Shown here piece by piece: positions 1 to 12,290 of a stretch of DNA of 64,000 bases. Each line of letters begins with the position of its first letter. The stretch's first letter is position 1. This DNA comes from Eledone cirrhosa (Eukaryota). Position numbers and translations under genes: made by a program. The stretch lies in contig OZ024755.1 in NCBI GenBank assembly GCA_964016885.1, positions 23,746,001 through 23,810,000 on the forward strand, written 5' to 3'. Below the pieces are notes generated by a model, which made no database searches, had not been told where the DNA came from, and saw only the letters and a list, made by a program, of their open reading frames with translations.

Positions 1-90
1 CACACACCCACACATATATACATATGTATATATATATATATATGTGTATTATATATATATATATATATACAGACACACACACATATGTAC

Positions 91-139
<49 letters not shown>

Positions 140-250
140 CACACACACATATATACATATGTATATGTATATATATATACATATATACATATGTATATAT
201 ATATACACATATACATATATATATATATATACACATATACATATATATAT
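1..250. repeat. (TA)n/(CA)n microsatellite; representative of dozens of such tracts (e.g. 760-1035, 29356-29700, 30000-30570, 45460-46165)
   Basis: Direct dinucleotide repeats; they produce the spurious YIYIYI ORFs. Confidence 0.98.
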
Positions 251-570
251 AGTATCCGGATACTATCCAGGAGCTTCCAACCGACATGGTCGCATTCTTT
301 AAGGGTATGTCAATATTTGTTTATAAAATATTGACATACCCTTAAAGAATGCGACCAATATTTGTTTATAAAACTGATCTATATTATATTTTATCTGATG
401 AAAGTGCACCATAATTTGCTTTGGTGTCCTTGAAATATGTATAATGAAATAAATATGGTTTTATAAATATAGTTTCCATATTGTATTTATACTCCAATAA
501 TTTGTTGAGTGCTTTATATCAGTTATAAAAATATTTGCTTGTTGTATCCCAACAAATTAAATATAACTTC
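249..570 (+). mobile_element. Penelope-like pLTR fragment with foldback and degenerate hammerhead
   Basis: 32-bp inverted arms 287-318/326-357; CTGATGA 395-401, stem II aagtgcacc/ggtgtcctt, GAAA 432-435; flanked by TA tracts. Confidence 0.6.
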
Positions 571-582
571 TACATATATATA

Positions 583-760
583 GGAATGAGATGATAGGGA
601 CTGGGGTCCCTATCATCTCATTTCTACAGCTGAGTAAACTGGAGCAATGTGAAATAAAGTGTCTTGCTCAACGAAACAACACATCACCTGTTCTGAGAAT
701 TGAACTCACAACCTTTCGATTGCAAGGCAAATGCTCTAACCACTAAGCCATGTGCCTCCA
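583..760 (-). mobile_element. SINE family B, 5' part (tRNA-like head plus core)
   Basis: Reverse complement of the head at 51480 and 59486 (ggaggcacatggcttagtggttagagc...). Confidence 0.85.
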
Positions 761-789
761 TCTATATATATACATACACATCTATATAT

Positions 790-923
<134 letters not shown>

Positions 924-953
924 ATATATATAGATGTGTATGTATATATATAG

Positions 954-996
<43 letters not shown>

Positions 997-1002
997 TATA
1001 TA

Positions 1003-1038
<36 letters not shown>

Positions 1039-1039
1039 T

Positions 1040-1430
1040 ATATATGTAGACTGGAGTGAAATGAAGCAAGCATGCTCTGTTGGAAGTGCAATGTAAGTGT
1101 GAGAGAGGCAAAACTTCAATGGGTTGAGGGAGCAGCTGGCTTTAAGAGGAATTCGAGATGGTGTGCAGGTGAGAAGACTGCATGGGCTTGGACATGTGAT
1201 GCACATGGACAATGATCGTTTCATGAAGAAATGCCAGTGAAAGTCGTGATAGAGGTAGACCAAGAAAGACTTGGGCACAGGTTGTGAGAGCTTATCTCAA
1301 ATCACTGAAACTCACAGAGGTGATGACAAAGGATCAGGACGTGGAGAGATGCCATGTTGAGAAGGAGTTGTCTAACCCATGCAGGCATGGTTTTTACGTC
1401 TGCTTCTCCATGCCTGCATGGGTTAGACAA
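1040..1430 (+). mobile_element. Decayed RTE LINE 3' fragment
   Basis: Homologous to 37850-38130 (ERNEASML...RRLxWxGHV...GRPRKTW). Confidence 0.8.
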
Positions 1431-1442
1431 CTCCTTCTCAAC

Positions 1443-1487
<45 letters not shown>

Positions 1488-1490
<3 letters not shown>

Positions 1491-1760
1491 TCATCATCAT
1501 CATCATCATCAACGTTTAACGTCCGTGTTCCACGCTTGCATGGGTTTGGACGGGGGTAGTCCCACTTGAAGCAAGAGTGATTGTCTTGCTCGCATAGGAC
1601 TGTCTGGCAGGTTTTCTACAGTTGGATGCCCTTCCTAACACCAACCACATTTACAGTGTGGGTCTGGGAGGTTTTTACCGTGTTGCCTACACGGCCACAT
1701 TACAGCATGGACTGTGTGTTTTTTTGTCGTGACACCGACACGATCTCATTTGTTTCGGCC
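1488..1760 (-). mobile_element. SINE B-type tail segment ending in (GAT)n
   Basis: ggatgcccttcctaacaccaacc motif and tail shared with 28527, 31144, 25700. Confidence 0.75.
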
Positions 1761-1929
1761 TGGATGGCGCGGCACCAACATAACTTTACATAGAACGGGG
1801 TGGTGTGGATGGGGTGGGGGGTGGGGGGGTGGGGGTGGGGGGGGGTGTATATTGTTAGAGATGCCTACTGGCTGTAGTAGGTTTTACTATGTATTTAGGT
1901 AAGGCGGGTCTTCTCTGTTACTATATATA

Positions 1930-2420
1930 TATTCACAATTGCAATGTCAATCTGTATCTGCATCTCATGACTATGGGTAAAGCTTTTGACACACTTTAGG
2001 GCTAAATCAAAGACTTTCCTGTCTGCTATCAGAGAGCCATTCTATACTGACAAAGCCGACCTCGTTGTTCATACCAAGGAGGATATGCTGGCAATCATGA
2101 TCTGTTTTCTGGGACATGGGCTACTTTTGGGCTTACTATCAACACAGAGAAGACCAAGGTCATGCATACAGCACTTCCTGGGCAACATTAAGCCAACGTC
2201 TTTGTTCAGGGTTAGAGGTTGAAGGTTGTTGATGCCTTTGTCTACCTTGAACTATCTCCAGAGATAGTTCATTGAACTCAAAAATCAAACTAAATAAGTC
2301 TGCTGCTGGACTCAAACAGCACATGAGAGTGGATAAGGTGCAAGTACATTAAAAACTATCGAAGGGTCTTATATGTCACATCTGTAAAAGGGTATGTAGG
2401 AATGAAGCAGGTTTGCAGAG
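1930..2420 (+). mobile_element. Decayed RTE/BovB-like LINE RT fragment
   Basis: Degenerate YADD region, 'GLTINTEKTKV', 'VVDAFVYL' across frames. Confidence 0.6.
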
Positions 2421-2444
2421 TAATTCTTTGGGTTATATATATAT

Positions 2445-2609
2445 AAATTATTGGCACAGATTAAATGTTTAAGCAAATAATTTCACCTTAAACAGTTTGC
2501 TTAAACTTTTAATCAGTGCCAATAATAAATATTTATTCTAATGGTTTATATATGCTTATATATATATACAACCCTTATCAATTTCTCCCTGGATGTTGGC
2601 CTTTGTATT

Positions 2610-2670
<61 letters not shown>

Positions 2671-2849
2671 GAGATTAACAAGGATTATAATTACAGTATT
2701 TAATAGATTAACGGATGTTTGATTTGACTAAGAAGAATATCTTATTCCTGTAAAAATACCTCCTTAGAATCGATCAAATACAAATAAATAAATACTTTAC
2801 ATGCTCTAAAATTCCAGTAAGAGAAAATAGGGAAAAATATATAGGTGTG

Positions 2850-2910
<61 letters not shown>

Positions 2911-3100
2911 CACACACATATATATATATATATGTATATATTATATATATATAGTAGTAATAAAAAATACATAGAATGAAATCCAGAGAGAGTTTGATAA
3001 GGGTTTGATAAGGGTAAGTATGTATAAACTGTAGAACAAATATTATTAGCACAGATTAAAAGTTTAAGCAAGCAATTTCTGCTTTCACCTTAAAGTGATA
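2445..3100. mobile_element. Two opposed copies of a Penelope-like pLTR family separated by TA tracts
   Basis: 2500-2615 is the reverse complement of 2955-3075; internal hairpin 2448-2525; related to 30868 and 58312. Confidence 0.55.
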
Positions 3101-3109
3101 TACGCATGT

Positions 3110-3156
<47 letters not shown>

Positions 3157-3429
3157 TACACACAGACATATGTATAAATACATATACACACAGAGATATA
3201 GAACCACATAGAAACCAAAACATTAGCACTTGTTTGCGTATGGTTTCATGTGTACCTGCATACCTATTCAAGATATTTCATGATGTTTTTACTATTCATT
3301 TAAAAATAGGGTCATATGCTTTTTGTTGAATCTGTGACTAATACACAAAAATGAATAAATTCAGTTACTTATAAAAAAAAATAGAACAATATTTTTGGAA
3401 TAAAGAGGCATTAATTAGAAGTATTTTAT

Positions 3430-4030
3430 GAAACTAGAGTAAGTGATAGAATTTTCAAACTCAGATTATTTTGTAATCTTCAGTGACCCATTAGATGGGA
3501 CGTAATATAGATATATATGCCTTTTTGAATTAGATATATTTTAACGATCTTTTCAATGAGATGTTTTGTATATTGGTGACAAATAACATTATGTATGATA
3601 TTTGCTCCTCCTTAAATGTTGAGTTGATAGACAGTTTATATTGAGAGGTATATCTAGTGGCATTTTGAACTTGTCACGTTGTCTGTGATGTGCAAATATT
3701 TACCTTGTTAGTTGATCTGCTCATGGGTATAGTTTTGTGCACCATGTTGGAGCAGTTAGGATGGACTCAATTTACTAACAGGTTTATGTTATTTTCTTTT
3801 CTTTTCTTATACCTTAAAAGAATCCCTCTGATGAAGGAATCTTCTTGTAGTATGGGTTGTCTTAATCTATTGAGATGGACAATGCTGTTTTTTGGCTCTA
3901 GAAACTGCAGTATGGGGACATAGTGAAATGTTCTATTTTTAAATTGCTTTACTGTGAATCTACCCCTAGGTAGGGAAGATGCTTGTGAAATTTTCTTGTT
4001 TTAGATTACTTTACTGGGAATCTACCCATA
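3430..4030 (-). mobile_element. Decayed Penelope-like fragment
   Basis: 'HLPYLG' motif on the minus strand near 3970-3985 and a weak CTGAAGA...GAAA motif near 3450-3485. Confidence 0.35.
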
Positions 4031-4069
4031 GGTAACTTAGTATAAGTTATTATATATATATATATATAT

Positions 4070-5035
4070 AAATAAACGTTTGTATATGTATAATAAAGCC
4101 AAAACAATGCAGGTATGGACATAGAATAAAGAATGTAAATGCAAAAGATATTGTTGACAATTAGTCTTTTACCTTAGATTTATTTAAATGTCCTTAATTT
4201 TCGAGATAATATCTCTTCTTCGGAGGGAAGTAAAGTGGTTAAACCAGTGTTCTAAATAGCTTGCCAAGTCATGCTGACAAGAAATGGTATAGAGTATCTG
4301 TTCTATCTCTAATGTCAAAGAGTTAAGGTTAGGTGGATAAAGAGTAGTCTCCCTTTAAAAGGTTTTTTTTTTGTACATGCCTGTTTAAGTGTGTGGGAGA
4401 AGGCATGAAGGTGTGAGTGTGTGAGTGTGAGAAGATATGTCTATAAGTAAATGTGGGGGATAGATGTTATCTCGTGTTAGAACTGGTATTTGTGTGTGTA
4501 TGTGTGTGTGTGAGAGAGAATAAGTGGAGGTGTAAGCATGTGTGTGTGTGGGGGTGTGTGTGTAAATATGGGGCTAGAAGCTCTATCAAGTTATAAATTG
4601 GGTGTTGAGTTCTAGTCTATTATTGATTGGTGGTTGTGTTTTGTCTATAATTAGTGCTTCCTTAATTCTAAGATTGCCGAGGTTTCTTTCCTTAGTTTCT
4701 ATCCTAACTGTTATGGTTTTGTCAGTGTTTTTGCATTTAACTAAGTGTTTCTTAAATGAGGAAGCGTTAGTATTGAGGTGTTCTTTTATTCTTATGTGGA
4801 GTGGTCTGGTGGTACTACCTACGTAGAAGTTGCTGCATTTGTCACACTCTAGTCTGTATACAACGTAAGCCTGGTGGCATAGGTCTGTGTCATTGATGGG
4901 GCAGTTGGCTAGCCTGCAGCAGTTGTCATGTCTGGTGGAGTGTCTTTTGGTTAGCTGTCCGTGTAGAGAAGGACCTGAGTGGGCCAGTTGGATATCTAGT
5001 CCCTCTCGTCTGATAGCTCTGCAGATGGCTGTTGT
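4070..5035 (-). mobile_element. Penelope-like element 3' end: GIY-YIG endonuclease plus 3' UTR/pLTR
   Basis: VVYRLECDKCSNFYVGSTTRPLHIRIKEH...LRIKEALII...PPINN, stop at 4586; HHR-like motif downstream at 4192-4227. Confidence 0.9.
4192..4227 (-). ncRNA. Variant minimal hammerhead ribozyme in the Penelope 3' pLTR
   Basis: cct-CCGAAGA-a-gagat(att)atctc-GAAA-at-TA-agg. Confidence 0.5.
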
Positions 5036-5039
5036 TGGT

Positions 5040-5215
5040 GTCCCTATCATTCCACTGCAAAGTGGTCGTGCAGGTGCCACAGCAAAAAAGCACCCAGCAC
5101 TCACTGTAAATGAGGTTGGGGTTAGGAAGGGCATCCAGCTGTAGAAATCAAGCCAGAATCAGTTCCCGTCCCACCCTTGCAAGCAGGGAAAAAGCGGACG
5201 TAAAATGAAATGAAA
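5040..5215 (+). mobile_element. SINE B 3' half with RTE-type tail and (TGAAA)n
   Basis: Near-identical to 51638-51820. Confidence 0.85.
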
Positions 5216-5929
5216 TATATATATATACTAGGTACATGGTATCTATAATCTAAAGACAAGATGACAGTGTCAGCCAGGAGATAAGGTATGGAAAAAATCT
5301 AAACATGCATACATGCAGTAAAGTCAGACTAATGATAACGATAACAACATCAATATTATCTAGAACAAAAAAATGGTTGATAAAAATGTTCAAAACACCA
5401 AGTTTCAAAGTTTTCTCCTTCCCCAGCATGCTGACCATAAAAATTTGGCAGTGAATATATATAAAAATTTAGTGCCTGTGCATGAAGTGGCCCATAAGAA
5501 AAACAAGTGATATGGAATTCTGTTTTTTGTGTGAGTCAGAAATCCTAGAAACAATTTCAAAGACTGATAAATTATGAGAAAATATATTACATATGTTATG
5601 ATTAAGAAAACCAATCGTATTAACAGGTGAATCACAGAGGAAAGAGAGGAAGTGAGAGTGAGGAAGAGAGTGAAAGAGAGAGTGAGTGAGTGAGAGAGAG
5701 TGAGTGAGTGAGAAAGAGAAAGTGAGTGAGAGAGAGTGCATATAAACGTTTTGTTATACATATAGGAGCAGTTAATCCAATATCCAGTTAATGTCATATA
5801 TAGAGCATATTTCAAATCTGATGATGATTGGAGGTGTATAACTATTATCTTTACAGACACACATACATATATACATACATACAAACATATATACACATAC
5901 ATACAAACATATATATATATATATATATA

Positions 5930-6065
5930 TGTTATTATATTTGGGGAGGGTCATGTTGTTATAATATTGCCAGAAATATATATAACAACATGACCCTCCC
6001 CAAATATAACAATATTTGTTTCAACACACAATTTCATATTAAAAAAACCTTGCAAAACAAATTCA
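5930..6065. mobile_element. Foldback fragment of the pLTR family also at 6918 and 20250
   Basis: gggagggtcatgttgttata / tataacaacatgaccctccc inverted repeat. Confidence 0.6.
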
Positions 6066-6887
6066 TCTCCATCACAGCACAAGCTTATATATATAAAACA
6101 AGTGTAAAAGTTCAGGTGAAGAAAAATAAATAAAATGCCTTAAATTTTTTTATTTTGGATTTCTATCCAATACACACACATATACACAGATACTTAATTC
6201 CTTTATTCACAAATGAAGCCCTATAAAGTTTTTCTTTTTTGGTTTTTGAATATCAATTGAACAATGACATTCAGTTATTTTTGAACATCAGCTCCGGTGG
6301 TATTCAGTAGTAAAATTGTGAAATTCACTTCTGAAAAACGTTTATATATTATAACCATGTTTATAACCCTGTTTTGAGCTTACACTTACTGCTTTGTATT
6401 CACCAGCATGTCACCAGATAAAAACACAATATCTATATGCCTGTCTGTGTGTCTTGTAGGGAATAAATATTGTGTGAGTAAATTAAATGAACTGCACAAT
6501 CGAATATGCCAGTACAAGTTCATATAATTTGCATATGGAAGATATAGTTTTCCCTTCTATACATTTGTATGCATTAATATATATACATTACAAAATCCAT
6601 ATATGCTCTCACTCCCATTTTATATACATTGCTAGCATTGTATGAAACTCAGGCATTGTATAGAACTTCCAGGTAAGACATTAAATATACATATTTTATT
6701 CTGACCTTATATATTTCACCTAACTAATCTACAGAATATCTAGGAAATGTGTATGGGAGATTTTATTTAAAAGTTTGCCTCAATAGAATAAGGCTTTATG
6801 TAAAATACCAAGGTATTCTAAACAATGTCAGGTTTCTCTTTTTGCAGATAATATATATGCAGAAAGAAAACTACAGTGCTTTTGTTA

Positions 6888-6917
<30 letters not shown>

Positions 6918-6923
<6 letters not shown>

Positions 6924-7237
6924 ATATATTGTTATACATTAGGAGGGTCATGTTGCCAATAAAAACACAAGCACCTGTAGGTTTTCACTTCAATTTATTA
7001 AAAATTTCCAGTTGGTTGATTGGTTCAATTACGGGATGGTTGTTTATTTATTGTCAAAGCTTTTTTGTCTCACATTCTGTGACCTCCTCAGTGACTGATT
7101 TGTTATTTTGTAATAAATTGAAGTGAAAACCAACAGGTGTATGTGTTTTTATTGGCAACATGACCCTCCCAAAGTATAACAATATGTTTTAATAAATGTT
7201 TTCAGATAAGAAATCTAGCAAAACAAATTCAAAAGCG

Positions 7238-7240
<3 letters not shown>
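6918..7240. mobile_element. Foldback pLTR element with central degenerate HHR (minus strand, 7053-7095)
   Basis: ~70-bp inverted arms; minus strand gtca-CTGAGGA-ggtcaca(gaa)tgtgagac-AAAA..aagctt-tgac. Confidence 0.6.
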
Positions 7241-7268
<28 letters not shown>

Positions 7269-7270
<2 letters not shown>

Positions 7271-7400
7271 AAAAGAGTCAGGACCCCAACGGCTGAGCTC
7301 CAGCCGTTTCAACTGCTAGATCCGAATTAAGCCACCAGTATTAGAATGGCGGGAATCTAGCTGAACTTATCAAGAGTACAGTCCATATATGGGCATGCTG
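7269..7400 (-). mobile_element. pLTR-like cassette with degenerate long-stem-II HHR
   Basis: ctc-TTGATAA...gctagat..atctagc..GAAA..gag; homologous to 35390-35457. Confidence 0.5.
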
Positions 7401-7991
7401 TCAAAACCAAAAAAAGCAGAAATATCTAAGCAAAAATTCCAAAAAATTTCTTGTTTTTCTTGTCTGTCAAGGGGAATGGTCAATGATCTGGGATAGTTAA
7501 ATTCCTTCATAGCGGTGGGGTGGGTTAACAGGCCTGAAGAACAAAGAGGAGGGAGTAAGAAGGCAGTCTGACCTGTGTGTGTGTGTATATATATATATAC
7601 ACACTTCACTCTTTCTGTCAGTTTATTTAGTCATGTATATACATATAAAGAGAGAGAGGTTTAGGAGTCATTCATGTTGTGAGTGCACAGTGTTTGAATA
7701 TAAATAATTTAATATTATTGAGTTAGATTAAAAATAATATCAATAATAGTTTGCTATTGACTTAATCATTTTTCAATTTTGGGAGTATTAGGCAGGAAAC
7801 CTATTTGAGGTAGCATAAGGAATAAAGGAATAGATGAATGGAAAATACCCATCATCAAAACCAATCAGGGGAACTATGGAATATCTGATTAGTCAAGTCA
7901 ACCTATTATATAAAGCAGTAAAATAAATATCAGTCAGAAGTAAAAAACAAAAACAAACAAAACAAGCTTCAATTTTCCTTTATATAACGAT

Positions 7992-8205
7992 TTCTGATTT
8001 AGACACAAAGCCAACAACTTTGGGTGAAAGGGAAAGTCAATTAAATTGACCACAGTGCATTACTGGTACTTTATTTTATCGACCCTGTAAGGATGAAAGG
8101 AAAAGCTAACCTCAGTGGGATTTGAACTCAGAACATATAGGGTCATAACTCTATGCTGCTAAGCATGTTGTCCGACGCTCTACTGATTCTGCCAATCCAC
8201 TGCCC
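7992..8205 (-). mobile_element. SINE family A (tRNA head plus Nin/Deu-like core)
   Basis: Core cctttcatccttacggggtcgataaaataaagtaccag; A/B-box-like head. Confidence 0.85.
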
Positions 8206-8689
8206 TTCATTTTCCTTTATATAAGGTTTCAATGTGTGCGTGTAGTTGGTGCATGTATGTGTTATATTCTTGAAGCTCCAAAAGATTGTTTTACTTTTAC
8301 ATAATTACAGTATGTCAAAATACAACTTTCATTACATCGAAAGGACCAGAAATTATTAATAAAAAACAATGATAAAATTAGAATATAGAAATATAAATGC
8401 CCATTAATCTGAGAATTAACCCTTTTGATACTAATCCTGGTTTTATAATACACAACTGCTCATTTTTAAATGTTCATATTTATATCAAAACCTTTCAATT
8501 TGATTTTACTTTAGAAATGTTTGTTGAGCAATGTTTCAAGCATTAGATTAAAAATGAAAGATTAGCTATTTCATTAAATTCTTATTAATATTGTAGAAGG
8601 GGGTTTTGTTACTAGTTTTTGTATATAAGTTATACACTAAGAAAACGTTTTAAATGTAATAATTTTAGTGTAGTTATTGCCAAGTAAGC

Positions 8690-9210
8690 ACTGAGCAAGC
8701 ACACCTCTATACTACATGATTTTTTATAGGTGTAGCAACAGTGAAATACAATGAATATGGGGCATCTTTACAGTTATAGAAAAAGAAGTATTGTCAAAAG
8801 AAGTTTCAGAATCTTTAGTATTATGCTGAAATTAATATAGTTGGTATTTAGGGGAAATGTGAGCAGGGAGTGAATTCCATAGAGTTATAGTTTATAAGGC
8901 AGAAACATTAAACAAAGTGATTAGTACAATATCTAAAGAGAGTTAGACACAGTAGGAATGACAAAAGAGGGCTAGATAAATTTTATTAGCTTGCACAGGA
9001 ACAGTGGGCAGCTTGCTAGTTCAGAGAAGCAGACATCATTGTAGTAATGGTAGAAAAGACTGAAGTATGACCCAGTATGTTGATGGGCTAGTAATTGCAA
9101 TGTATTGGTGATTGAATGTTGCCCATTAGTCAGAGAGAATTTTGGTGATGTTCTCCAGAGTATCTGCATAGTAACTGCACCATTTTCTCAAATTTGATTG
9201 CAGATGTACT
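8690..9210 (-). mobile_element. Decayed CR1/Jockey-like LINE 3' fragment
   Basis: 'SLFYHYYN..CFSELAS' and 'LWNSLP'-like motifs on the minus strand. Confidence 0.55.
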
Positions 9211-11280
9211 GTATAGTCGGAAGATGTAGTAGGTAATAATAAATATAGTTTTTATACTGTTTGTTACTCTTTCTCAAATTGAATAACAAAAAACATTATA
9301 TTTGGTAACTAGTATTAAATGACATCTTTAAAAATTATGGTTTTACTGTTTCAATCTTTTCTAACAATTAACAACACACCATAGACTGATTGTATGACAC
9401 AAGATACTGCTGCCTTGTATGAAAAATGTGATGAATCAAAGCACATATAGACAAGAGTGAATGCATACACATACAGGTGTGTGCATGCATGCACAATCAC
9501 ATCGAGTAAGAGGATTCTTACAAATGTTTTTTGAGATTAATCTCATGGTTAATTGTTTTTAAATTGAGTGTAGTGATGTAAAAGTTAATGTTTTTGCTGT
9601 GTTAGATATAGAATAAAACAAATAAAAATAAGAAGAACATTTTTCAAGCTGTTGATATAAAAGAAGAAATTAGAGAATATAAGGTTTAAAGAATTAGTTC
9701 AGAAGAACAAACAGGTGGAAGATAGAGATGGCCAAAATAAGGTAGGGATAATAAAAATAAAAATAAAATAAAAACTATTTGAAATGAAATATAGAATTCA
9801 CTGTTCCAAAACACAGCATATTTTTCATAATTAACCATTCTGAATTTTTTAGGCAATTACAATTTTCTTTTCTTTGTGATATATTTAGTAAATTCACAAT
9901 GTTCAGTCTGTTGAGAATTCAACTAAAACCCCAGGAAATGCTTTTTGCCTGAAAGCTTTGCAGTGCTATTTGTTGCTGTCTTGTGTGTTGCTGACACACA
10001 AGCATTTTGGCAGTGTCAACATTTAATGCCTGACAACCAAAAGAAAAATGATCTCCCTATCACAGAGGCTCCAGATCTTTTGTGAACTTTTCCTTCTTCA
10101 CTGTTATTTCAGATTTTTCTGAAACAGGAACTCCTTTTCAAGGTAGAAAAAAAGTCTATTATTCTGTGAATTAGACCAGCATCAAAGTAAATATATATAA
10201 CAGTTTGGAATTTATATATTTGTATAAAAAATAAATGAAAATAGAATAAATGTTGATTATGGGAAATTATGAGCTTAAATGATTTCATATTTTGTTGAGT
10301 AGAATTGACAGCTAATTGTTTGTGCTTTATATAGTTTAAACATAGCGAAATATTTAAAATGATGCATTTGTTTGATATTAAGTTATATTTTAAATCACTT
10401 TATTGGGAAGTTATTATATTATTTATTTCATTATTCTTTATATTGAATTAACATTGATGACAAAACAATAAAATTTCATTAGTTAGTCAATCAAGAGTTA
10501 TTGAAAAGAATATTAAGAGCACACAACTTGTTAAATAGAATTTTGTTTCATTAAAATTTAGGCTACATATCCGTATAGTATTATATCTTTGCGAGAATAG
10601 CACAAAGTAAATTACTTTTTCCTTCAATTTTACTAGAAAAAAAAACCCTCATGATTATTCAAAGGGAGTAATTCTCTCAGCCAATAATTTCCAAAATTAG
10701 AAATGATTAAAAAATCCAAATACTATACAGATATAACACAAATGGAAAGCGACAAGTCAGGAAAATTACTATAAAAATCTCAAATATATAATGTTATTTC
10801 ATTCAAATTAAAATCATTATTAAATTCGTATTCATGAAAATATGAATTAATTCAGCTGAATGATTTCTAATAACTAACTTAAAATCAATTCCCTGTAGGT
10901 GGTAGCAATTGTTTTTACATTATATTTGTAAGTGATTCATCTAAATAAATATAATACTTAGATTATATGCAATTATGATCCCAAATCTATTGATTATCTG
11001 CAAATAAGCTATTAATATAAATATCAGGCATATTTCTTAAAGTTAATTAAGATTTAACAATTAATTTTGATCAAGAGTACAAGTTAATGAAAACTATTAA
11101 TTTGGAAGCCTGCAAAGTTGCATCTTCTTGAATATAGAATGACATTTGACCAAAAGGAAAACAAATCATTAATATCACTCCGTAGAATCTTTTATAGCCC
11201 TACACGCACACGTGTGTGTGTGTGTGTGTGTGTTTTGTAGCTTCATGGCTATAAATTAATGTCTTGTCTTTCGTCTCTTA

Positions 11281-11337
11281 CTCCTTGGACAGTGTTTGGC
11301 TTATGTCAGATGCTGTGACCCTGGATGAACTAGCAGT
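11281..11337 (-). CDS. Candidate 57-nt internal exon (TASSSRVTASDISQTLSK)
   Basis: Acceptor ttttaacccctaccaacAG, donor GTaaga, open frame, phase 2-2. Confidence 0.4.
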
Positions 11338-11544
11338 ACTGTTGGTAGGGGTTAAAACTGCCCAAGTCCATCTCAACAATCAATAACCATGGAGTTCTGT
11401 GTCCTTGGTTTGTATATTTATTTTAAAAAATAATGTTTTAAGGTTTCCCCTTAAAAAATTGTTTTTTGCTTTGTTTTATTTCCATTCATTGTCTTGTCCT
11501 TTCTTTGTTAATTTTCTTAAATTATATATATATATATATATGGT

Positions 11545-11860
11545 AAAGACCACCCTTCAGTCATGAATGTCCATGAGACCCACACCTGGAAAGCTCCCCT
11601 CCTAGGCAAAGTTGTTTGTGGAAAACCAGTAGTTACTCATACATACTGGTCTCCCCTCTCCACATCACCAATGTTGTCCAAGGGAAAGGCAGTGGCTAAT
11701 ACAGCTTGGCATCAGTGATGTCGCAACTCATTTCTACAGCTGAGTAAAATTGAGCAACATGAAATAAAGTGTCTTGTTCAAGGATACAATGCATCACCTG
11801 GTCTAAGATTCAAATTCACAACCTCTCGATTGTAAGCCCACTAAGACATGCACCTTCACC
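11545..11860 (-). mobile_element. SINE B variant with alternative tail
   Basis: Shared core ctcatttctacagctgagtaaa; homologous to 18985-19318. Confidence 0.75.
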
Positions 11861-12077
11861 CCTATCTCTCTATAGAGTCTGTGGTGCTAAGACCGGGGAG
11901 ATCACTAATCATGGAAGTACTCAATGCATGGGGAAATGCAGAGGGTATAGAGATGTATAAAATCCTGACTGTGGCACCAAGTGGTTTTGGCTTGACACCA
12001 TGGTCAGAATTTTACACATCTCTCTCTTCTTCTCTCTCTCTCTATATAAATAGAACTAACTATAATATATAACAATT

Positions 12078-12290
12078 TAAACCTTTCGCATTTAAACCGG
12101 CTGTATCCGGCCAGTATTCTCTCACCTCTTTCTGTTCAAACTGGCTGTAACTGGCCACTCATATTGATGCTATGGTATTGTTCTCAAAATAAATAATATC
12201 AAAATCTCATAGATTCGATATTATGTGAGATAATTATTTAAGATAAAGCCTTTACCATGAAAATATAATAGTAAATATATCTATTTAATA
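12078..12290. mobile_element. piggyBac-like MITE family 1, degenerate copy
   Basis: Internal homology to the copy at 31983-32207. Confidence 0.7.

Noticed and set aside
1796-1846. G-quadruplex-prone G-run
   Set aside because: Low-complexity tract beside a repeat; nothing indicates function
4586-5134. 182-aa ORF as a standalone gene
   Set aside because: Chimeric: the first ~33 aa are an antisense SINE translation that recurs at 21271, 31279 and 59735; the rest is Penelope GIY-YIG
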